Part shown: piece after piece, positions 57,935-64,000 of the stretch | How positions within the stretch are numbered: the first letter of the stretch is position 1 | Layout: every line of letters begins with the position of its first letter | Source of the DNA: an uncultured Gammaproteobacteria bacterium | GTDB taxonomy: Bacteria > Patescibacteriota > Patescibacteriia > Magasanikbacterales > UBA922 | Length of the DNA: 64,000 nt | Direction of reading: 5' to 3' | Assembly: GCA_964447765.1 (NCBI GenBank) | Contig: CAYUTO010000002.1 | Location: forward strand, 38,955-102,954 | Made by a program: the position numbers and the translations under genes | The notes under the pieces: model-generated | Told to the model about the DNA's origin: nothing | The model's input: the letters and a program-made list of their open reading frames with translations, nothing else | Databases searched by the model: none

Positions 57935-58666
57935 ATGTCTGAAAGAGGTGAGGGGTTTGATAGAAATAATTCTGAAAATGTACACGAAGAATCTGTGAAT
58001 GATATTTTTAACGAGTCGTCTGATAAAGAACCGAGACGTGCTTTGGTTGAAAAATTCCAGGGGTTGTATAGTAAGATTGATCAGCTAAAGTTTAAGGAGG
58101 AAAAAGAAATCGCAATTCAAAATTTTTATACTGCATTAGATACGTGGGCTCGTGAAAATGGAGTAGTATTTTCACCATTTGAAGGCGCAGAAAGCCCCCT
58201 CCTGAATAAAGGTGATATAGTGAGGCGTGATAATCCTGAGAGAGTGCTAGCACTACTTACAGGGCAGGAACCGATTCATATACAGCCACTGAACGAAGGA
58301 GACGCTAATGTGGCAACAGATGCGTATGAAGGTCTTAATCTTGCACTTACTGAAGGGTTCCATGGAAAAAATGTTGTCTCCATATACGGATTTCATCCAA
58401 ATAAAGATGCAAAGGTTGTTCAGGTGAAAAAACCCTCAGAAGATATGCGAGATCCAAAACGATTTCACTATATACGTTCATTTTCTGGAGAGGTGAATCC
58501 AGAAGATATTAGATTTGTGTTATTTCGGTTTCCGAGTGTTGGAGTTCCAGAAAGTGCATTGACTGAGTCAGAAGAAGAAAAACTAGAAGATGATATACCT
58601 TTGCGATATATATATCGGTCAATTTCCTTTCCAAAAGGAATTAACGGTCAACAAAAAACTCAATAA
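57935..58666 (+). CDS. Hypothetical protein
   Basis: 243-aa ORF with host-like codon usage; no motif recognised. Confidence 0.65.
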   Translation: MSERGEGFDRNNSENVHEESVNDIFNESSDKEPRRALVEKFQGLYSKIDQLKFKEEKEIAIQNFYTALDTWARENGVVFSPFEGAESPLLNKGDIVRRDNPERVLALLTGQEPIHIQPLNEGDANVATDAYEGLNLALTEGFHGKNVVSIYGFHPNKDAKVVQVKKPSEDMRDPKRFHYIRSFSGEVNPEDIRFVLFRFPSVGVPESALTESEEEKLEDDIPLRYIYRSISFPKGINGQQKTQ

Positions 58667-58675
58667 AAACAGAAA

Positions 58676-58699
58676 GGCGTTTCCCCGAAAGGAAACGCC
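58676..58699. terminator. Hairpin terminator between convergent genes
   Basis: ggcgtttcc-ccgaaa-ggaaacgcc; T-rich tail on the minus strand. Confidence 0.75.
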
Positions 58700-58706
58700 G
58701 TGTGGT

Positions 58707-58964
58707 CTACGGAGCAGATCGGACTAAGCCGACAAACTCTATAAACGGCAAGTGGTCGCAAGTGATCAAGTCCTGTTCGGACTCGGTCAGCTCGACAAAC
58801 CGCTTTGCAAGTACAGTGTCTAAGGTCATCTGAATTCGCTGATGCATTCGCACCCAGATCGCTCGGAGTGCTATTACGTCAGTCGAATCCGGCAAGAAAA
58901 TCGTCTCGGCCAATGCCTCGGAGATGATTGTCTGCCAAACGCTTTCTTCGCTAGAGTTACTCAT
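58707..58964 (-). CDS. Small GC-rich hypothetical protein coupled to the DksA/TraR-like gene
   Basis: ATG overlaps the upstream stop codon (ATGA at 58961-58964). Confidence 0.6.
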   Translation of the reverse strand: MSNSSEESVWQTIISEALAETIFLPDSTDVIALRAIWVRMHQRIQMTLDTVLAKRFVELTESEQDLITCDHLPFIEFVGLVRSAP

Positions 58965-59269
58965 GATGCTCTCTCCTGGTCGGACTTTTCCAAATCGGAA
59001 AGGCATGAGACACAGAAACGAGTCTCCGGACGGTGCATCAATCTCTTGAATGAGATCGCTTCGTCGCACCGCTCGCAAACGCCGATGGTCCCGAATTCGA
59101 GCCGCTTCAAGGCGGCCTCCACTTCCGGGATCTCAATCGTCGTCTTGTGGGTACGGAGCTGCTCCAGCATGCTGGTGTCTCTTAAGGAGACCCAAACAGC
59201 CATAAGCTTGTCGCTTAGGCGGTTCTTGAGCTTCTGGAGCTCGACTTCGGTCATGATGTGCGTGGACAA
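58961..59269 (-). CDS. DksA/TraR-family C4 zinc-finger protein
   Basis: VEAALKRLEFGTIGVCERCDEAISFKRLMHRPETRFCVSC; SD GAGGTG. Confidence 0.85.
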   Translation of the reverse strand: MSTHIMTEVELQKLKNRLSDKLMAVWVSLRDTSMLEQLRTHKTTIEIPEVEAALKRLEFGTIGVCERCDEAISFKRLMHRPETRFCVSCLSDLEKSDQERAS

Positions 59270-59313
59270 AATTCACCTCTTTCGTGTAAAGGAACAAGTT
59301 AAGACAACAAAAG

Positions 59314-59350
59314 AATATATCATAAAATGACTATATTGTCAATAGTCATT
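59314..59350 (-). promoter_or_regulatory. Sigma70 promoter overlapped by a 9-7-9 inverted repeat
   Basis: TTGACA-17-TATATT; aatgactat-N7-atagtcatt (59326-59350). Confidence 0.7.
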
Positions 59351-59390
59351 CTAAGAGAGGGGGAGGTTGGTTGAGGAAATGAGGGGGAGG

Positions 59391-60266
59391 TTATGCTATA
59401 TTCTCTCTTAATCGCTTAACCCGCTCTTCAATCGGCGGATGAGTGGAGAATGCCGACGCAAACATTTTGCCTTTAAATGGGTTTGAAATAAACAAATGCG
59501 CAGTTGCGGAGTTTGCAGTTTTCAAGGGTACATTTGATTGCTGAATTTTTTCAAGGGCTTTTGCTAGTCCTTCGGGGTATCTGGTCATGAGAGCCCCAGA
59601 CGCATCAGCGAGATATTCGCGTTTGCGTGATACTGCAAGCTTGATGAGCTCAGCAATAATCGGGGAGAGGATGAGTAATACAATTCCAACGATTGCAAGA
59701 ACTCCACCGGCTTTGCTATCAGAATCACGTTTGCCAAAAAGTCCAAATCGGAAAAACATATCAGCAAGAAGTGATACTGCTCCGACCAGTACAATGACGA
59801 TGGTCATGACACGAATATCATAATTTTTTACGTGTGATAATTCATGTGCCAGTACTCCTTCGAGCTCTTCGTTTTCAAGAGCCTCGATCAATCCGGTGGT
59901 GACTGCAATTGAAGCGTGTTCAGGATCTCGTCCAGTCGCAAAGGCATTTAAGGCAGGAGAATCAATAATGTGTACACGTGGCGTAGGCATACCATTTGCA
60001 ATCGCGAGGTTTTCTATCATGCGATACACATAGGGATTATCTTCTTTTTTAATTTCCTTGGCACCTGTCGATCGGAGTGCTATTGCATCGCCTTTGTAAT
60101 ACGACACCAGGGTCATGACGATCGAGATGATGAGTGCGAGAAAAACTGATTCATATCCGAGACCAAGATAACTTGCGCCAAGCCAGCCAAGACCAATGAT
60201 GAACGCACAAAAAATTGCGATAAGCATTCTCGTTTTTCGTTTGTTGGAATCAATCTGACTATACAT
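59391..60266 (-). CDS. htpX: Zinc metalloprotease HtpX (M48)
   Basis: NAFATG, LAHELSH, SRKREYLAD, STHPPIEER. Confidence 0.96.
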   Translation of the reverse strand: MYSQIDSNKRKTRMLIAIFCAFIIGLGWLGASYLGLGYESVFLALIISIVMTLVSYYKGDAIALRSTGAKEIKKEDNPYVYRMIENLAIANGMPTPRVHIIDSPALNAFATGRDPEHASIAVTTGLIEALENEELEGVLAHELSHVKNYDIRVMTIVIVLVGAVSLLADMFFRFGLFGKRDSDSKAGGVLAIVGIVLLILSPIIAELIKLAVSRKREYLADASGALMTRYPEGLAKALEKIQQSNVPLKTANSATAHLFISNPFKGKMFASAFSTHPPIEERVKRLRENIA

Positions 60267-60273
60267 AGTTTCT

Positions 60274-60837
60274 TTAGAACGCTACTTTAACATTTTCACG
60301 CTCAGCAGCATCTTCGATTTCGAAGTATTCAAACTTAGTGAATTTCAATTGTCCTGCAATCATGTTGTTTGGGAATGATTCAATTTTGGTATTGAAATCA
60401 CGTACCATGGTGTTGTAGAAGCGTCGTGATGCCTGGATTTTGTTTTCAGTGTCTGACAATTCGTCCATCAATTGTGCAACATTCGTGTTTGCCTTGAGAT
60501 CTGGATATGCTTCGAAAGCGACTTGTAATTTGCCGAGACTACTTCCGAGCATGCTTTCAGCTGAGGCAAGAGCCTGAGTATCACCACTACTTTGTGCAGA
60601 CATTGCTGCTGTTCGATACTTCGTTACATTTTCGAGGATTTCACGCTCATGAGTCATGAATCCTTTGACACTGGCGATTAAGTTTGGGATCAGATCATGG
60701 CGGCGTTTGAGCTGGACATCAATATCGCTCCATCCTTCTTGGGTACGATTGCGGAGGCGGATAAGGGCATTGTAGAGAAACACGACCCAGAGCACAATTA
60801 CTCCTACTACTATTAATACAATGAAAAGTGGTGACAT
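60274..60837 (-). CDS. lemA: LemA family protein
   Basis: WSDIDVQLKRRHDLIPNL, EAYPDLKAN, ENKIQASRRFYN. Confidence 0.96.
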   Translation of the reverse strand: MSPLFIVLIVVGVIVLWVVFLYNALIRLRNRTQEGWSDIDVQLKRRHDLIPNLIASVKGFMTHEREILENVTKYRTAAMSAQSSGDTQALASAESMLGSSLGKLQVAFEAYPDLKANTNVAQLMDELSDTENKIQASRRFYNTMVRDFNTKIESFPNNMIAGQLKFTKFEYFEIEDAAERENVKVAF

Positions 60838-60969
60838 AGACTTGAGACTAAGATTAAATAATTTAAATAAAACTGTCTATTGAAAAAAACTATTATCTAT
60901 GGAATACTTGAGGCTATTACAATTAGATTGTAGAGAAAATATAACTTTTGGTCAATACTAAGCGAAATT

Positions 60970-62139
60970 ATGGTTACTATCCTTTTGTTTATTGTCATCC
61001 TCGGTATTTTGGTAGTTGTACATGAATGGGGTCATTATTACACGGCAAAAAAATTCGGTATTAAAGTCCATGAGTTTGGATTTGGCTATCCACCACGCGC
61101 GTTCGGGTGGTATCGGGATCCGAAGACGAAAAAGCTCGTGTGGATCTGGGGAAAGGGAAAGAGTAGTCTCAAAGAGACCGTATCTGGTAACGAACAAAAT
61201 GCTGAATTTCCTGGAATGCTCTGGAGTATTAATTGGCTTCCGCTTGGTGGATTTGTACGAATCAAAGGTGAGAATGGTGAACGTGCTAAGGAAGCAGACA
61301 GTTTTGGGTACCATAAAGCATGGAAACGAATTACGGTTCTTGCTGCTGGGGTTATCATGAATTTTATCCTTGCTGCAGTCGTCCTTTCCTTTGGTTTTAT
61401 GATCGGACTTCCAACTGATTTATCCCAAGGGATAGATAAACATGCTGAAATCGTTGAAGCTCCAAGTGTCATTGTAGAGTCAGTGGAAGAAGGCTTGCCC
61501 GCTGATCTAGCAGGTATGGTATTTGGAGATAAGATTACCTCAGTTGATGGTGTTCTTGTGGCTGGAGCAAACGACCTAATTGAATATATCAAGACACATG
61601 GGGACAATGAAGTCACGGTACATATCGTCCGGGGACAAGAAGAACTTGATATAAAACTTAAGCCTACTGTAACAGACGGCAGTACGGCGCCTCGGCTTGG
61701 AATTGCAATTGCTGAAGCCGGAATTATTAGGTACCCATGGTATATTGCACTCTATAAAGGATTTGTTGCAGCAGGAATTGGTCTGGTAACTATATTTGTC
61801 TCATTTTATTATCTCATTGGAAGTCTAGTTACTGGACAGGGTCTCATGTTTGATATCGCAGGTCCTGTCGGAATCGCACAGATTGTAGGACAGAGTGCAA
61901 AACTTGGTTTCCATTATGTATTAAATGTAGTCGCCATGCTCTCGCTTAGTCTCGCGGCAATTAATATTCTGCCCATTCCAGCGCTTGATGGGGGGCGTAT
62001 CTTGTTTATCCTCATTGAAAAAATCATTGGTCGACCAGTATCTATGAAATACGAGCAAATTGCTCATACGATTGGGTTTGTATTGCTTATGGCGCTCGTC
62101 GTGGTCGTTACTTGGAGAGATATCGCGAAATTATTCTAA
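60970..62139 (+). CDS. rseP: RIP metalloprotease RseP (M50, PDZ)
   Basis: HEWGH, PLGGFV, AGVIMN, PDZ domain, NILPIPALDGG. Confidence 0.95.
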   Translation: MVTILLFIVILGILVVVHEWGHYYTAKKFGIKVHEFGFGYPPRAFGWYRDPKTKKLVWIWGKGKSSLKETVSGNEQNAEFPGMLWSINWLPLGGFVRIKGENGERAKEADSFGYHKAWKRITVLAAGVIMNFILAAVVLSFGFMIGLPTDLSQGIDKHAEIVEAPSVIVESVEEGLPADLAGMVFGDKITSVDGVLVAGANDLIEYIKTHGDNEVTVHIVRGQEELDIKLKPTVTDGSTAPRLGIAIAEAGIIRYPWYIALYKGFVAAGIGLVTIFVSFYYLIGSLVTGQGLMFDIAGPVGIAQIVGQSAKLGFHYVLNVVAMLSLSLAAINILPIPALDGGRILFILIEKIIGRPVSMKYEQIAHTIGFVLLMALVVVVTWRDIAKLF

Positions 62140-62145
62140 TCAGGT

Positions 62146-63177
62146 ATGATTGAAAAATTAGAGAACTTAAAAAAAGAAGCAATTAGTGCAGTCAAAAAAG
62201 TAACTTCACTTATTGAGCTCGAAGCAGTGCGCGAACGTTTTTTTTCTAGAAAAACAGGTACGTTCACTTTGCTTACAAAAAACATGAAAGGGTTAACAGA
62301 TGCTGAGCGTAAAGAAGTGGGGCAAAAAATAAATGAAGTGAAGGTTGCGATTGAATCTGAATTTGAAAACAAAAAAGGAGAGTTTGAAAGTCAAGTATGG
62401 GATTCAATTGGAATAACTGAAGCGCTTGATGTAACACAGCCACAAGTGCAAGGGGTTAGTCGGGGTCACGTCCATCCAATGTCTACTGTCCATACTGAAC
62501 TCGAAGATTTGTTTACCTCAATGGGGTTCATGCTCCTCGATGGTCCTGAACTTGAGAGTGAACATTATAATTTTGACGCATTGAATATCCCAGAAAACCA
62601 TCCAGCAAGAGATTCACAAGATACTTTTTTTATCAAAGATCATGACGAATGGGTAATGCGCACACACACCAGTCCGGTACAAATTCGCGCAATGCAAAAA
62701 TATGGAGCACCCTTGCGTGCTGTAGTTTCTGGTCGCTGTTTTAGAAATGAATCAACTGATGCGAGTCATGAGCATACGTTCTATCAAATGGAAGGTATTG
62801 TGATTGATAAAGATATATCAATTGCAAACTTGATTGGGGTTATGAAAGAATTGTTACAAGGCGTGCTTCGAAAAGATGTTGAAGTACGATTGCGCCCTGG
62901 ATATTTTCCTTTTGTCGAACCTGGATTTGAACTTGATATGAAATGTTTGGTATGTGCGGGAGTAGGATGCGGTGCATGCAAACATAGTGGCTGGATCGAA
63001 ACTCTGCCGTGTGGATTGGTACATCCAAAAGTGATTGAAGCGGGAGGACTTGATCCGAAAGTATGGAGCGGTTTTGCATTTGGTCTTGGATCCATGCGTC
63101 TCTGTATGCAAAAATACGGAATTGAAGATATTCGCCAATTGCACGGAGGAAATGTAAGTTTTCTTGAACAATTCTAA
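62146..63177 (+). CDS. pheS: Phenylalanine--tRNA ligase alpha subunit
   Basis: NFDALNIPENHPARDSQDTF, RTHTSPVQ, YFPFVEP, GFAFGLG. Confidence 0.98.
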   Translation: MIEKLENLKKEAISAVKKVTSLIELEAVRERFFSRKTGTFTLLTKNMKGLTDAERKEVGQKINEVKVAIESEFENKKGEFESQVWDSIGITEALDVTQPQVQGVSRGHVHPMSTVHTELEDLFTSMGFMLLDGPELESEHYNFDALNIPENHPARDSQDTFFIKDHDEWVMRTHTSPVQIRAMQKYGAPLRAVVSGRCFRNESTDASHEHTFYQMEGIVIDKDISIANLIGVMKELLQGVLRKDVEVRLRPGYFPFVEPGFELDMKCLVCAGVGCGACKHSGWIETLPCGLVHPKVIEAGGLDPKVWSGFAFGLGSMRLCMQKYGIEDIRQLHGGNVSFLEQF

Positions 63178-63179
63178 TT

Positions 63180-64000
63180 ATGCTTATTTCATACAAGTGG
63201 CTTAAACAATATGTAGATCTCCCAGACTCTCTATCGCCCGCAGAGCTAGGACTTGCTTTGACTATGTCGACGGTTGAAGTCGAAGGAGTGGAATATCAGG
63301 CAAAGCAGTTTGAAAATCTCGTGGTTGGTGTCATACAAAAAGTAAGAAAACATGAAAATGCTGACTCGCTCAAAGTATGTGATGTAGATGCAGGGACTGA
63401 AATCGTACAAATTGTGTGCGGTGGATCAAATGTGCGCGAAGGAATGAAAGTAATTTTGGGAAAAATTGGTGCGCGTGTAAAATGGCATGGAGAAGGTGAA
63501 CTGGTTGAGCTTGCGCCAACCAAAATTCGCGGAGTTGAATCATTCGGCATGATTTGTGGTGCTGATGAAGTGGGACTGCTTGAAATGTTTGGAAAATTAG
63601 AAGAAAAAGAAATTGCAGATTTATCAAAACTCAAAGCAAAAGCAGGGACTCCACTTGCAGAAGCGCTACAGCTTAACGACGTAGTGATTGAAGTAGATAA
63701 TAAATCAATCAATCATCGTCCAGACCTGTGGGGACACTATGGAATCGCTCGCGAAGTTGCGGCAAAATACCGAAAGAAATTGGCGCCGTACACGATTCCT
63801 GAAATCAAAGAAGGTGATGAGAAAAAAATTAAAGTCACGATTGAGGACGGAAATGATTCAATGAAATATACAGCAGTTGCACTTGATGGAATAACTATTA
63901 GTCCATCACCTGAGAAACTACAAGCCCGTCTACGAGCTGTTGGAATTCGTCCAATCAATAATATTGTCGACATTACCAATTACGTCATGTGTGATTTGGG
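63180..64000 (+). CDS. pheT: Phenylalanine--tRNA ligase beta subunit (truncated by window end; absent from ORF track)
   Basis: ATG 63180: MLISYKWLKQYVDL..., IRGVESFGMIC, HRPDLWGHYGIARE, GIRPINNIVDITNYVM. Confidence 0.95.
   Translation, partial: MLISYKWLKQYVDLPDSLSPAELGLALTMSTVEVEGVEYQAKQFENLVVGVIQKVRKHENADSLKVCDVDAGTEIVQIVCGGSNVREGMKVILGKIGARVKWHGEGELVELAPTKIRGVESFGMICGADEVGLLEMFGKLEEKEIADLSKLKAKAGTPLAEALQLNDVVIEVDNKSINHRPDLWGHYGIAREVAAKYRKKLAPYTIPEIKEGDEKKIKVTIEDGNDSMKYTAVALDGITISPSPEKLQARLRAVGIRPINNIVDITNYVMCDL

Noticed and set aside
59286-59297. boxA-like TGTTCCTTTACA in a cassette leader (similar TGCACTTTCTACA near 27826-27838)
   Set aside because: Only two of six leaders show it and the matches to TGCTCTTTAACA are loose; needs genome-wide motif statistics.
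1-64000. CRISPR array, rRNA or alternative genetic code (UGA=Gly)
   Set aside because: No regularly spaced direct repeats or rRNA-like sequence; TGA ends full-length genes (recG, folC, phosphohexomutase) and long genes are not broken by TGA.

Overview
Bacterial chromosomal DNA (standard code 11). It is AT-rich and densely coded, and its gene content points to a Patescibacteria/CPR genome, plausibly a Magasanikbacteria-like ABY1 lineage (inference). Housekeeping genes include rnc, nusB, rpmF, tsaC/sua5, rsmA, aspS, scpAB, parAB, a short rel, topA, folC, dprA, pth, der, recG, radA, clpC, a phosphohexomutase, htpX, lemA, rseP, pheS and the start of pheT. There are five tRNAs, three of them Arg(CGN) isoacceptors including the unusual GCG. 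Surface and envelope genes include a 3019-aa cysteine-rich giant protein, a GT2/GT-C glycosylation trio, an LCP protein, and a clpC-to-DsbA-to-pilin/M15-peptidase operon. Four non-obvious structures stand out. (1) The 340-bp parB-rel intergenic region holds two tandem ORF-free transcription units, each with promoter, stem-bulge-hairpin and terminator, whose bulges are perfectly complementary over 13 nt (GCCUUAUUAUUAC / GUAAUAAUAAGGC); this is a candidate interacting sRNA pair and the best lead here. (2) Six GC-rich orphan-gene cassettes (plus one weaker candidate) each carry a near-consensus sigma70 promoter, usually a Shine-Dalgarno site, and 3' hairpins, whereas the host genes are mostly SD-less with very short leaders. 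(3) A DUF559 nuclease gene is bracketed by inverted REP-like palindromes. (4) A four-helix-bundle gene is bracketed by inverted heptamer repeats, with an 'empty' copy of the same repeat pair 3 kb away. No CRISPR array, rRNA, integrase, transposase or reverse transcriptase was seen.
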